Below are positions 23,901 through 37,550 of a stretch of 64,000 nucleotides of DNA, in pieces. The translations under genes were made by a program, and so were the position numbers. Every line of letters starts with the position of its first letter. Within the stretch, counting starts at the first letter, position 1. The notes beneath the pieces are model-generated. The model made no database searches, was not told the origin of the DNA, and worked only from the letters and a program-made list of their open reading frames with translations. The stretch is from assembly GCF_963921235.1 (NCBI RefSeq), contig NC_086097.1, forward strand, positions 1,860,001-1,924,000, given 5' to 3'. Origin of the DNA: Mobula hypostoma. Its lineage: Eukaryota.

Positions 23901-26900
23901 GACCGGACACACACAGGCACTTTCCTCCAGGAACAGTGAGAGGGAGAGAGACCGGACACACGCGGGCACCTTCCTCCAGAACAGCGAGAGGGAGAGAGAG
24001 ACCGGACACACACAGGCACTTTCCTCCAGGAACAGTGAGAGGGAGAGAGACCGGACACACACAGGCACTTTCCTCCAGAACAGCGAGAGGGAGAGAGACC
24101 GGACACACGCAGGCACCTTCCTCCAGGAACAGCGAGAGGGAGAGAGAGACCGGACACACACAGGCACTTTCCTCCAGGAACAGTGAGAGGGAGAGAGACC
24201 GGACACACGCGGGCACCTTCCTCCAGGAACAGTGAGAGGCAGAGAGACCGGACACACGCAGGCACCTTCCTCCAGGAACAGCGAGAGGGAGAGAGACCGG
24301 ACACACGCAGGCACTTTCCTCCAGGAACAGTGAGAGGGAGAGAGACCGGACACACGCGGGCACCTTCCTCCAGGAACAGCGAGAGGGAGAGAGACCGGAC
24401 ACACGCGGGCACCTTCCTCCAGGAACAGTGAGAGGGAGAGAGACCGGACACACGTGGGCACTTTCCTCCAGGAACAGCGAGAGGGAGAGAGACCAGACAC
24501 ACACAGGCACTTTCCTCCAGGAACAGCGAGAGGGAGAGAGACCAGACACACGCAGGCACCTTCATCCAGGAACAGCGAGAGTGAGAGAGACCGGACACAC
24601 GCAGGCACTTTCCTCCAGGAACAGCGAGAGGGAGAGAGACCGGACACACGCAGGCACCTTCCTCCAGGAACAGCGAGAGGGAGAGAGACCGGACACACGC
24701 AGGCACCTTCCTCCAGGAACAGTGAGAGGGAGAGAGACCGGACACACGTGGGCACTTTTCTCCAGGAACAGCGAGAGGGAGAGAGACCGGACACACACAG
24801 GCACTTTCCTCCAGGAACAGCGAGAGGGAGAGAGACCAGACACACGCAGGCACCTTCATCCAGGAACAGCGAGAGTGAGAGAGACCGGACACACGCAGGC
24901 ACTTTCCTCCAGGAACAGCGAGAGGGAGAGAGACCGGACACACGCAGGCACCTTCCTCCAGGAACAGCGAGAGGGAGAGAGACCGGACACACGCAGGCAC
25001 TTTCCTCCAGGAACAGCGAGAGGGAGAGAGACCGGACACACGCGGGCACTTTCCTCCAGAACAGCGAGAGGGAGAGAGACCGGACACATGCAGGCACCTT
25101 CCTCCAGGAACAGCGAGAGGGAGAGAGACCGGACACACGTGGGCACTTTCCTCCAGGAACAGTGAGAGGGAGAGAGACCGGACACACGCAGGCACCTTCC
25201 TCCAGGAACAGCGAGAGGGAGAGAGACCGGACACATGCGGGCACTTTCCTCCAGGAACAGCGAGAGGGAGAGAGACCGGACACACGCAGGCACTTTCCTC
25301 CAGAACAGCGAGAGGGAGAGAGACCGGACACATGCGTGCACTTTCCTCCAGGAACAGCGAGAGGGAGAGAGACCGGACACATGCAGGCACCTTCCTCCAG
25401 GAACAGCGAGAGGGAGAGAGACCGGACACACGCAGGCACTTTCCTCCAGGAACAGTGAGAGGGAGACAGACCGGACACACGCAGGCACTTTCCTCTCGGG
25501 GTAGCGAGAGGGAGAGAGACCGGACACACGCGGGCACCTTCCTCCAGGAACAGCGAGAGGGAGAGAGACCGGACACATGCAGGCACTTTCCTCCAGGAAC
25601 AGCGAGAGGGAGAGAGACCGGACACACGCAGGCACTTTCCTCCAGGAACAGCGAGAGGGAGACAGACCGGACACACGCAGGCACCTTCCTCCAGGAACAG
25701 TGAGAGGCAGAGAGACCGGACACACGCAGGCACCTTCCTCCAGGAACAGTGAGAGGGAGAGAGACCGGACACACGCAGGCACCTTCCTCCAGGAACAGCG
25801 AGAGGGAGAGAGACCGGACACACGCAGGCACTTTCTTCCAGGAACAGCGAGAGGGAGAGAGACCGGACACACGCAGGCACTTTCCTCTGGGAGTAGCGAG
25901 AGGGAGAGAGACCGGACACACGCAGGCACCTTCCTCCAGGAACAGCGAGAGGGAGAGAGACCGGACACACGCAGGCACTTTCCTCCAGGAACAGCGAGAG
26001 GGAGAGAGAGACCGGACACACGCAGGCACTTTCCTCTGGGGGTAGCGAGAGGGAGAGAGACCGGACACACGCAGGCACTTTCCTCTGGGAGTAGCGAGAG
26101 GGAGAAGACCGGACACACGCAGGCACTTTCCTCCGGGGGTAGTGAGAGAGAGAGAGAGACCGGACACACGCAGGCACTTTCCTCCAGGAACAGCGAGAGG
26201 GAGAGAGACCGGACACACGCGGGCACTTTCCTCCAGGAACAGCGAGAGGGAGAGAGACAGGACACACGCGGGCACTTTCCTCCAGGAACAGCGAGAGGGA
26301 GAGAGACAGGACACACGCGGGCAGTTTCCTCCAGGAACAGCGAGAGGGAGAGAGACCGGACACACGCAGGCACTTTCCTCCAGGAACAGCGAGAGGAAGA
26401 GAGACCGGACACACGCAGGCACTTTCCTCTGGGAGTAGCGAGAGGGAGAGAGACCGGACATATGCGGGCACTTTCCTCTGTGGGTAGCGAGAGGGAGAGA
26501 GACCGGACACACGCAGGCACTTTCCTCCAGGAACAGCGAGAGTGAGAGGGACCGGACACACACAGGCACCTTCCTCCAGGAACAGCGAGAGGGAGAGAGA
26601 CCGGACACACGCAGGGACTTTCCTCCAGGAACAGCGAGAGGGAGAGAGACAGGACACACGCAGGCACTTTCCTCCAGGAACAGCGAGAGGGAGAGAGACC
26701 GGACACACGCAGGCACTTTCCTCTGGGAGTAGCGAGAGGGAGAGAGACCGGACACATGCGGGCACTTTCCTCTGTGGGTAGCGAGAGGGAGAGAGACCGG
26801 ACACACGCAGGCACCTTCCTCCAGAACAGCGAGAGGGAGAGAGACCGGACACACGCAGGCACCTTCCTCCAGGAACAGTGAGAGGGAGAGAGACCGGACA

Positions 26901-28120
26901 CACGCAGGCACCTTCCTCCAGGAACAGCGAGAGGGAGAGAGACCGGACACATGCAGGCACTTTCTTCCAGGAACAGCGAAAGGGAGAGAGACCGGACACA
27001 CGCAGGCACTTTCCTCTGGGAGTAGCGAGAGGGAGAGAGACCGGACACACGCAGGCACCTTCCTCCGGGAACAGCGAGAGGGAGAGAGACCGGACACCCG
27101 CATGCACTTTCCTCCAGGAACAGCGAGAGGGAGAGAGAGACCGGACACACGCAGGCACTTTCCTCTGGGGGTAGCGAGAGGGAGAGAGACCGGACACACG
27201 CAGGCACTTTCCTCTGGGAGTAGCGAGAGGGAGAAGACCGGACACACGCAGGCACTTTCCTCCGGGGGTAGTGAGAGAGAGAGAGAGACCGGACACACGC
27301 AGGCACTTTCCTCCAGGAACAGCGAGAGGGAGAGAGACCGGACACACGCGGGCACTTTCCTCCAGGAACAGCGAGAGGGAGAGAGACAGGACACACGCGG
27401 GCACTTTCCTCCAGGAACAGCGAGAGGGAGAGAGACAGGACACACGCGGGCACTTTCCTCCAGGAACAGCGAGAGGGAGAGAGACCGGACACACGCAGGC
27501 ACTTTCCTCCAGGAACAGCGAGAGGAAGAGAGACCGGACACACGCAGGCACTTTCCTCTGGGAGTAGCGAGAGGGAGAGAGACCGGACATATGCGGGCAC
27601 TTTCCTCTGTGGGTAGCGAGAGGGAGAGAGACCGGACACACGCAGGCACTTTCCTCCAGGAACAGCGAGAGTGAGAGGGACCGGACACACACAGGCACCT
27701 TCCTCCAGGAACAGCGAGAGGGAGAGAGACCGGACACACGCAGGGACTTTCCTCCAGGAACAGCGAGAGGGAGAGAGACAGGACACACGCGGGCACCTTC
27801 CTCCAGGAACAGCGAGAGGGAGAGAGACCGGACACACGCAGGCACTTTCCTCCAGGAACAGCGAGAGGGAGAGAGACCGGACACACGCAGGCACTTTCCT
27901 CTGGGAGTAGCGAGAGGGAGAGAGACCGGACACATGCGGGCACTTTCCTCTGTGGGTAGCGAGAGGGAGAGAGACCGGACACACGCAGGCACCTTCCTCC
28001 AGAACAGCGAGAGGGAGAGAGACCGGACACACGCAGGCACTTCCCTCCAGGAACAGCGAGAGTGAGAGAGATCGGACACACGCGGGCACCTTCCTCCAGA
28101 ACAGCGAGAGGGAGAGAGAC
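20955..28120. repeat. Minisatellite, ~7.2 kb, 48-51-bp unit (consensus GAGAGGGAGAGAGACCGGACACACGCAGGCACYTTCCTCCAGGAACAGC), about 145 copies
   Basis: Directly visible tandem array; copy number estimated as length divided by 49. Confidence 0.98.
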
Positions 28121-29507
28121 CCTTCTGGGCATCACTGAGTCGTGGCTGAAAGAAGGCCATAATTGGGAGCTGAACTTCAAAGGATATATTTTGTATCGAA
28201 AAGACGGGCAGGAAGGCGGAGACAGTGGTGTGACTCTGTTGGTACAGATGGAATTACATCTTTAGAAAGAGACGACATAAGACCAGAGAATGTTGAAACT
28301 TTGTGGGTGGAGTTTAGAAACTGCAAGGGTAAAAATACCTTTATGGGAATCATATATAGGCCTCTAAATAGTAGCCAAGATGTGGTGTTGAGATTGCAAA
28401 GGGAGCTGGAAAAGGCATTATGTTGGGGGACTTCAAAATGCAAGGGGATTGGGAAAATCACGTTGGTGTTGCATCACAAGAGAGGGAATTTGTTGAATGC
28501 TTATGAGATGGCTTTTGAGAGCAGTTTGTGCTTGAGCCTACTCTGGAAAATGCTATCTTAGATTGGGTGTTGTGTAATAACCCAGATCTTATTAGGGAGC
28601 TTAATGTAACGGAACCCTTAGGAGGCAGTGATCATAATATGATTGAATGCATACTGCAACTTAAGAGAGAGTAGCTTAAATCACATGTTTCTGTATTGTA
28701 ATGGAATAACGGGAATTATAGAGGCATGAGAGAGGAGCTTGTCCAGGTTGGTTGGAGGAGGATATTGTCAGGGATGATGGCCGAGCAGAGATGGCTGAAG
28801 TTTCTGGGAATAGTTCACAAGGCACAGGATAGATAGGTCCCACTGAAGAAAAAGTTCTCAGATGGCAGGGGTAGGCAACAATGGCTGACAAGGGAAGTTA
28901 AGGACTGCATAAAAGCCAAGGAAAGGGCACATAAGGTAGCAAAAGTGAGTGGGAAATTGGATGGTTGGGAACCTTTTAAAATCCAACTAAAGGCAATTAA
29001 AAAAAGCTATAAGAAGGGAAAAGATGAAATATGAGGGCAGATTAGCTGATAATATAAAGCAGGATACCAAAAGTTTTTTCAGTTTTATAAAGAGTAAAAG
29101 GGAGATGAGAGTTGATATTGGACCATTGGAAAATGATGCTGGTGAGGTAGTAATGGGGGACAAAGAAATGGCAGATGAACTTAATGGGTACTTTGCATCT
29201 GGCTTCACTGTGGAAGATACTCGCAGTGTGCCAGAGGTCTGAGAGTGTCAGGGAGCAGGAGTGAGTGCCTTTTCTATTACAAGGGAAAAAGTGCTCAAAT
29301 CTCTTAAGGTCAGTAAGTCACCTGGACAAGATGGACTACATCCCAGAGTCCTGAGAGAGGTTAGTGAAGAGATAATGGATTGATTGGTCATGATCTTTCA
29401 AGAATCACTTGACTCTGGCATGGTCCTGGAGGACTGGATGATTGCAAATGTCACTCCACTTTTTAAGAAGGGAGGAAGGCAAAAGAAAGGAACTTATAGG
29501 CCAGTTA

Positions 29508-32500
29508 GTCATAGTCATACTTTATTGATCCCAAGGAAAATTGGTTTTCGTTACAGTTGCACCATAAATAATAAATAGTAATAGAACCATAAATAGTTAA
29601 ATAGTAATATAGAAACATAGAAACATAGAAAATAGGTGCAAGAGTAGGCCATTCGGCCCTTCGAGCCTGCACTGCCATTTATTATGATCATGGCTGATCA
29701 TCCAACTCAGAACCCCGCCCCAGCCTTCCCTCCATACCCCCTGACCCCCGTAGCCACAAGGGCCATATCTAACTCCCTCTTAAATATAGCCAATGAATTG
29801 GCCTCAACTGTTTCCTGTGGCAGAGAATTCCACAGATTCACCACTCTCTGTGTGAAGAAGTTTTTCCTAATCTCGGTCCTAAAAGGCTTCCCCTCTATCC
29901 TCAAACTGTGTCCCCTCGTTCTGGACTTCCCCAACATCGGGAACAATCTTCCTGCATCTAGCCTGTCCAATCCCTTTAGGATCTTATACGTTTCAATCAG
30001 ATCCCCCCTCAATCTTCTAAATTCCAACAAGTACAAGCCCAGTTCATCCAGTCTTTCTTCATATGAAAGTCCTGCCATCCCAGGAATCAATCTGGTGAAC
30101 CTTCTTTGTACTCCCTCTATGGCAAAGATGTCTTTCCTCAGATTAGGGGACCAAAACTGCACACAATACTCCAGGTGTGGTCTCACCAAGGCCTTATACA
30201 ACTGCAGTAGTACCTCCCTGCTCCTGTACTCGAATCCTCTCGCTATAAATGCCAGCATACCATTCGCCTTTTTCACCGCCTGCTGTACCTGCATGCCCAC
30301 TTTCAATGACTGGTGTATAATGACACCCAGGTCTCGTTGCACCTCCCCTTTTCCTAATCGGCCACCATTCAGATAATAATCTGTTTTCCTATTTTTGCCA
30401 CCAAAGTGGATAACTTCACATTTATCCACATCAAATTGCATCTGCCATGAATTTGCCCACTCACCCAACCTATCCAAGTCACCCTGCATCCTCTTAGCAT
30501 CCTCCTCACTGCTAACACTGCCACCCAGCTTCGTGTCATCCGCAAACTTGGAGATGCTGCATTTAATTCACTCATCCAAGTCATTAATATATATTGTAAA
30601 CAACTGGGGTCCCAGCACTGAGCCTTGCGGTACCCCACTAGTCACCACCTGCCATTCTGAAAAGGTCCCGTTTATTCCCACTCTTTGCTTCCTGTCTGCT
30701 AACCAATTTTCCACCCGCACCAATACCTTACCCCCAATACCGTGTGCTTTAAGTTTGCACACTAATCTCCTGTGTGGGACCTTGTCAAAAGCCTTTTGAA
30801 AATCCAAATATACCACATCCACTGGTTCTCCCCTATCCACTCTACTAGTTACATCCTCAAAAAATTCTATGAGATTCGTCAGACATGATTTTCCTTTCGC
30901 AAATCCATGCTGACTTTGTCCGATCATTTCACCGCTTTCCAAATGTGCTGTTATCACATCCTTGATAACTGACTCCAGCAGTTTCCCCACCACCGATGTT
31001 AGGCTAACCGGTCTATAATTCCCCGGTTTCTCTCTCCCTCCTTTTTTAAAAAGTGGGGTTACATTAGCCACCCTCCAATCCTCAGGAACTAGCCCAGAAT
31101 CTAACGAGTTTTGAAAAATTATCACTAATGCATCCACTATTTCTTGGGCTACTTCCTTAAGCACTCTAGGATGCAGACCATCTGGCCCTGGGGATTTATC
31201 TGCCTTCAATCCCTTCAATTTACCTAACACCACTTCCCTACTAACATGTATTTCGCTCAGTTCCTCCATCTCACTGGACCCTCTGTCCCTTACTATTTCT
31301 GGGAGATTATTTATGTCCTCCTTAGTGAAGACAGAACCAAAGTAATTATTCAATTGGTCTGCCATGTCCTTGCTCCCCATAATCAATTCACCTGTTTCTG
31401 TCTGCAGGGGACCTACATTTGTCTTTACCAGTCTTTTCCTTTTTACATATCTATAAAAGCTTTTACAGTCTGTTTTTATGTTCCCTGCCAGTTTTCTCTC
31501 ATAATCTTTTTTCCCCTTCCTAACTAAGCCCTTTGTCCTCCTCTGCTGAACTTTGAATTTCTCCCAGTCCTCAGGTGAGCCACTTTCTCTGGCTAATTTG
31601 TATACTTCTTCTTTGGAATTGATACTATCCCTAATTTCTCTTGTCAGCCACGGGTGCACTGCCTTCCTTGATTTATTCTTTTGCCAAACTGGGATGAACA
31701 ATTGTTGTAGTTCATCCATGCAACCTTTAAATGCTTGCCATTGCATATCCACCGTCAATCCTTTAAGTGTCATTTGCCAGTCTATCTTAGCTAATTCACG
31801 TCTCATACCTTCAAAGTTACCCCTCTTTAAGTTTAGAACCTTTGTTTCTGAATTAACTATGTCACTCTCTATCTTAATGAAGAATTCCACCATATTATGG
31901 TCACTCTTACCCAAGGGGCCTCTCACGATAAGATCGCTAATTAACCCTTCCTCATTGCTCAAAACCCAGTCCAGAATAGCCTGCTCTCTAGTTGGTTCCT
32001 CAACATGTTGGTTCAAAAAACCATCCCGCATACATTCCAAGAAATCCTCTTCCTCAGCACCTTTACCAATTTGGTTCACTTATGTTGAAAAGTGGCCCTT
32101 TTTAATGCTTGCCCTGGATTTGTCAGCCTGCCACTTTTACTTTTCTCCTTTGTACCTTTTGCTTCTACCCTCACTTTACACCCCTCTGTCTCTCTGCACT
32201 GGTTCCCATCCCTCTGTTGTGAACTAACCTCCTCACGCCTAGCCTCTTTAATTTGATTCCCACCCCCCAACCGTTCCAGTTTAAAGTCACCTCAGTAGCC
32301 CCCGCTAATCTCCCTGCCAGGATATTGGTCCCCCTATGTAAATATGTAAATTATGCCAGTAAATTATGAAACAAGTCCAGGACCAGCCTATTGGCTCAGG
32401 ATGTCTGACCCTCCAAGGGAGGAGTTGTAAAGTTTGATGGCCACAGGCAGGAATGACTTCCTACGACGCTCTGTGCTGCATCTTGGTGGAATGAGTCTCT

Positions 32501-32834
32501 GGCTGAATGTACCCCTGTGCCCACCCAGTCCATTATGTAGTGGATGGGAGACATTGACCAAGATGGCATGCAACTTAGACAGCATCCTCTTTTCAGACAC
32601 CACCGTCAGAGAGTCCAGTTCCATCCCCACAACATCACTGGCCTTACGGATGAGTTTGTTGATTCTCTTGGTGTCTGTTACCCTCAGCCTGCTGCCCCAG
32701 CACACAACAGCAAACATGATAGCACTGGCCACCACAGACTCGTAGAACATCCTCAGCATCGTCCGGCAGATGTTAAAGGACCTCAGTCTCCTCAGGAAAT
32801 AGAGACGGCTCTGACCCTTCTTGTAGACAGCCTT
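29508..32834 (-). mobile_element. Rex1/Babar 3' fragment, split by a young CR1
   Basis: ORF 32388-32759 'MLRMFYESVVASAIMFAVVCWG...SFLPVAIKLYN'; (TATGAC)n tail near 29506. Confidence 0.85.
29611..32335 (-). mobile_element. Young CR1 LINE: near-intact ORF2 with one stop (30568-30570) and a deletion in the endonuclease
   Basis: ORFs 30568-32079 (503 aa) and 29707-30489 are in the same frame; (TTTCTATG)n tail; APE motifs (TE.WL, YRPP, GDFN) missing at the junction near 32078. Confidence 0.95.
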
Positions 32835-34199
32835 AGCGTAACCTCAATGGTTGGGAAAATGGTGGAGTCTATTATTAAGGATAAGGTTCTGGGGTGCTTG
32901 TGGACGGATGATAAAATAAGGCAAAGTCAGCATGGTTTCAGTAAAGGGAAATCTTGCCCAACAAATTTGTTAGGGTTCTTCGAGGAAGTAACAAGCAGGG
33001 TGGACAAAGGAGAGGCAGTGGATGTCATTTACTTGGATTTTCAGAAGGCATTTGATAAGGTGCCACACATGAGGCTGCTTAACAAGATAAAATCCTATGG
33101 GGTAACAGGAAAGATGCTGGATAGAGGAATGGATGACAGGCAGGAGGCAGTGAGTGAGAATAAAAGGGACCTTTTCTGGTTGGCAGCCAGTGACTCAGGG
33201 GTCGGTATTGGGACTGCTACTTTTCACATTGTTTGTCAATGATTTAGATAATGGAATTGATGGCTTTGTGGCAAAGTTTGCAGATGATATGAAGGCAGAT
33301 GGAGGGGTAGGTAGTACTGAGGAAGCAATGCAATTGCAGCAGGAATTGGACAAATTGGAGAAATGAACAAAAACTGGCAGATGGACTAGTGTTGGGTAAT
33401 GTACCATAATGCATTTTGCTAAAAGGAAAAATAGTGTGGTCTATTATCTAAAACGGGAGAAAATTCAAATATTCGAGGTATAGAAGAACTTGGGAATCCT
33501 TGTGCAGGACTCCCGAATGCTAATTTACAGGTTGAGTCTGGGGTAAAGAAGGCTAAAGCAATGTTGGCATTTATTTCAAGGGGAATAGAATATAAGAGAG
33601 ATGAGATAACGCTGAGCCTTTATAAGACACTAGTCTGGACACACTTGGAGTGTTGTCAACGGTTTTGGGCCCCATATCTCAGGATGTGTTGTCTTTGGAG
33701 AGAGTCCACAGGAGGTTCACGAGGATGATTCCGGGAATGAAGGGGTTAGCATGTGAGGAGCGTTTGGCAGCTTGGAGCCTGTACTCACTGGAATTTAGAA
33801 TATGGTGTGATCTCTTTGAAATCTACTGAATATAGAAAGAACTAGACAGGCTGGATATGGAGAGGATGTTTCCTATGGTGGGGGTATCCAGAACTAGAGG
33901 GGACAGCCTGAAAATTGAGGGGTGACCCTTTAGAACAGAGGTAAGGAGGAATTTTTTTTCAGCCAAAGAGTAGTAAATCTGTGGAATGCTCTGTCACAGA
34001 TTGCTGGAGGCCAAGTCCGTGGGTATATTTAAGATGGAAGTTGATCGTTTCCTGGTCAGTCAGGGCATCAAGGGATATGGCAAGAAGGCAGGAGTATGGG
34101 GTTGAGTGGGATCCAGGATCAGCCATGATGGAATGGTGGAACAGACTTGATGGGCTGAATGGCCTAATTCTGCTTTATGTCTTATGGTCTTATGAAGTG

Positions 34200-35205
34200 T
34201 TCTCAAAGTTCAAAAGTTCAAAGTAAAATTTAATATCAGAGTACATACATGTCACCACATGGAACTCTAATATTCGTTTTCCTGTGGGCATGCTCAGTAA
34301 ATCTATAGAACAGAAACTGTGAACAGGATTAATGAAAGAGCAAGACCATAGAAGACAACACACTGCAAATGCAAACATAAATAAATAGCAATAAATAACG
34401 AGAGAACGAAATAACAAGATAGAGTCCTTAAGGTGAGATCATTGGTTGTGGGAACATCTCAGTATATGAGTGTCATTATCCTCTTTTGTTTAAGAGCCTG
34501 CTGGTTGTGGGGTAGTAACTGTTCTTGAACCAGGTGGTGCGAATTTTGGGTCTCTTGTACCTTCTACCTGGCTGGCTGGTGGCGTAGTGGCATCAGCACC
34601 GGACTTTGGAGTGAAGGCTCCCGAGTTTGAACCCAGCCGGTTGCCCAGGCATGCTTTCCATTGGTGCTGCGTTGAGCATCGAGCTAGCAACTCGACCTCG
34701 TAAAAAAGAAATTGCCTGCTACAGAAACATCAACAGCAAAAAGCTAATGGCCTCTGCTCTCTGTGAGTTTAAAAGGCAATTTCCTTTTCCTTTCCTTGTA
34801 CCTTCTACCAGCAAGAAAAGAGCATGGCTTGGGTGCTGAGGATCTGTGATGCTGAATGTTTCTTTACTACATGGTGTTTCATGTAGATATGCTCAATGTT
34901 TGGAAAGGTTGTACTGGGCCGAATCCACCACCTTTTGTTGGATTTCCCTTTCAAAAGCATTGGTGTTCCCACACCAGGCTGTAATGCAGCCAGTCAGCAC
35001 ACTTTCCGCCACACATCTATAGGTTTACCAAGGTTTTTGATGTCATGCCAAATTTCCTTATGACTCCTAAGGAAACAGAGGTGCTGTCGTGCTTGCTTTG
35101 CAATTGCGTTTATATGATGGGTCCAGGACGGGTCCTCTGAGATAGTGACACCCAGGAATTTAAAGTTACTGACCCACTCCATCTCTGATCCTCCAATGAT
35201 TACTG
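34200..35205 (-). mobile_element. Old Rex1-type 3' fragment
   Basis: 'VSNFKFLGVTISEDPSWTHHINAIAKQARQHLCFLR'; (TTTGAAC)-like tail near 34205-34222. Confidence 0.7.
34569..34794 (+). mobile_element. tRNA-derived SINE with 15-bp TSD
   Basis: A box TGGCGTAGTGG, B-box-like GTTTGAACCC, (TTTCC)n tail; CTTGTACCTTCTACC at 34554-34568 and 34795-34809. Confidence 0.85.
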
Positions 35206-35532
35206 CCTTAAGACGAAGCTATTGTGTGTGTTGGAACTACTGGTCATTGTTTACTAATGTTATGTGATTTATTGCAACAGCACCTTTCTGCACCACTTTA
35301 GCGTGTTTTATTTCATTGTTTGCTGGTGATTTAAAAAATGGGAAGTTGGATATGGGTCAGTTGGTTAATCTTAGAAAGCTGCATCTGAAGTGTTCCACCT
35401 CTGCTGTGGGCACTGGCCTCCCCAGCATAAAGGATGCCTTCGAAAGGTGGTGCCTCAGAGGTGGCCCATCATCTAGCACATGCCCTGAAGGCACACACTC
35501 AACATTTCAGCAACAGCTTCTTCTCCTCCTCC

Positions 35533-35846
35533 ACCATTAGATTTCTGAATGGACAATGAACCCGTGTACACTACCTCAGTCCCCCCGCCATCAGATTTCT
35601 GAACGGACAGTGAACCCGTGTACCCTACCTCAGTCCTCCCGCCATCAGATTTCTGAACGGACAATGAACCCGTGTACCCTACCTCAGTCCTCCCGCCATC
35701 AGATTTCTGAACGGACAATGAACCCGTGTACACTACCTCAGTCCCCCCGCCATCAGATTTCTGAACGGACAGTGAACCCGTGTACCCTACCTCAGTCCTC
35801 CCGCCATCAGATTTCTGAACGGACAATGAACCCGTGTACATTTCCT
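35533..35846. repeat. 54-bp tandem repeat (~5.8 copies) at a Rex1-type 3' end
   Basis: Unit CCATCAGATTTCTGAACGGACARTGAACCCGTGTACMCTACCTCAGTCCYCCCG. Confidence 0.95.
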
Positions 35847-36361
35847 CAATATTTTTTCTTCTTTTGCTCTCTTTTTGCACAACTTATTTAATTTCTTGAA
35901 TGTACATTATATTTTTGTAATTTATCGTTGTTTATTGCAATGTACTGCGGAAAAACAAATTTCATGATATATGTGGTGACATTAAACCGAATCCTGATGT
36001 TTTTTTTCAGTAGAGGTGAGGGGCTAACGGAGAAAATTGCCGGGATTCTCTTTGTTTATTTGTAACACTATGTCACTTCATTGGGGCAGGAGACTGTTGC
36101 CAAGGAATTTCTAACAAACATCAGTCATGTGCACTTGCATGGTCATTAGCACTCAGTGCTTCAAGCAAACAGTTTTTAAATAGTGTATGTTTGTGCTCAA
36201 AAAGCAGTGAATTTTGTCACTGACAGTTGGCGGGAAATAAGCGGTAAGACAATTCAGATCTGTTCTGTGCAGTGTGGTTTCAAGCATTCAGGCTTGGAGA
36301 TGCCAGAAACGGCCGGGGGTGAATGAAAAATTTCTCTGCTTTTCAAGTTAGAAGCTACAAC

Positions 36362-37550
36362 ACCATAAGACATAGAAGGAGAATTAGGCCATTTGGCCCA
36401 TCATGGCTGCTCTGCATCCTTCTCAACCCCAGTCTCCTGCCTTCTCCTCGTAAACTTTCACACCCTGATTAATCAAGAACCTATGAACCTCTCCCTTAAA
36501 TACAGCCAATGACTTGGACTCCACAGCTGCCTATGGCAAGAAATTCCATCGGTTCATCAGCCTCCCGCTAAAGAAATCCTTTGTCATCTCCATTCTAAGT
36601 GGATGTCTCTCCATTCTGAGGCTGTGCCCTCTGGTCCGAGACTCCCCACTATAAGAAACATCCTCTCCATATCCACTCTGTCGAGGCCTTTCAACATTTG
36701 ATAGGTTTCAATGAGCTCCCCCTCACATTCTAAATTCCAGTGAGTACAGGTGCAGAGCCATCAAAAGCTCCTCATATGATAACCCTTTCATTCCTGTAAT
36801 CATTCTCATGAATCTCCTCTGAACTCCCTCCAATGTCAGCATATCGTTTCTCAGATAAGGAGCCCAGTACTCCATGTAGGCTGACCAAAGCTTTATATAT
36901 TCTAGTCCTTTCGAAATGAATGCTAACATTACATTTGCCTTCCTTTCTACCAATTCAACCTGCAAGTTAACCTTTGCACCTCAGATTTTTGAATATTTTC
37001 CCCGTTCGGGAAATATTCTATACTTTTATTCCTTCTACCAAAGTGCATGACCATACACTTCCTGCCATTCTCCTAATCTGTCAAAATCCTTCTGCAGCCC
37101 CCTTGCTTCCTCAACACTACCTGTCTCTCCACCTATCTTTGTATCATCTGCAAACTTGGCCATAAAGCCATCAATTTTGTCATCAATATCATTGACATAT
37201 AACATAAAAAGAAGCAGTCCCAACACAGACCCTCTGTGGAACATCACTGGTTACCGACAGTCAACCTGAAAAAGCTCCCTTTATTCCCAGTCTTTGTCTC
37301 CTGCCAATCAGCCAGTGTTTTATCCACGCTAGAATCTTCCCTGTAATACCATGGGCTGTTATCTTGTTAAGCAGCCTCATGTGTGGCACCTTGTCAAAGA
37401 CCTTCTAAAAATCAAGTACACAACTTCAACTGTTTCTTCTTTGTCTATCCTGCTTGTTATTTCAAAGAATTCCAACAGAATTGTTAGGCAATATTTTCCT
37501 TTAAGGAAACCATGCTGACTTTGGCATATTTTATCATCTGCCTCCAAGTG
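36362..37550 (-). mobile_element. Degenerate CR1 RT to 3' end
   Basis: 'QSQHGFLKGK', 'KFADDTKIGG', 'EGVQRRFMRMI'. Confidence 0.88.

Larger units (their letters stand above)
28121..34193 (+). mobile_element. Degenerate CR1 ORF2, host of nested Rex1 and CR1 insertions (29508-32834)
   Basis: 'GITESWL', 'IYRPLNS', '[16 protein letters not shown]...YRPVS' break at 29507 and resume at ~32835 with 'VTSMVGKMVESIIKD...[13 protein letters not shown]'. Confidence 0.9.

Noticed and set aside
20955..28120. CRISPR-like array
   Set aside because: No unique spacers, no cas genes, vertebrate intron context
20907..28180. Giant ORFs (2417, 2249, 1077 aa and others)
   Set aside because: Produced by a repeat unit that lacks stop codons; all frames are open and unit lengths of 48-51 bp shift frame freely
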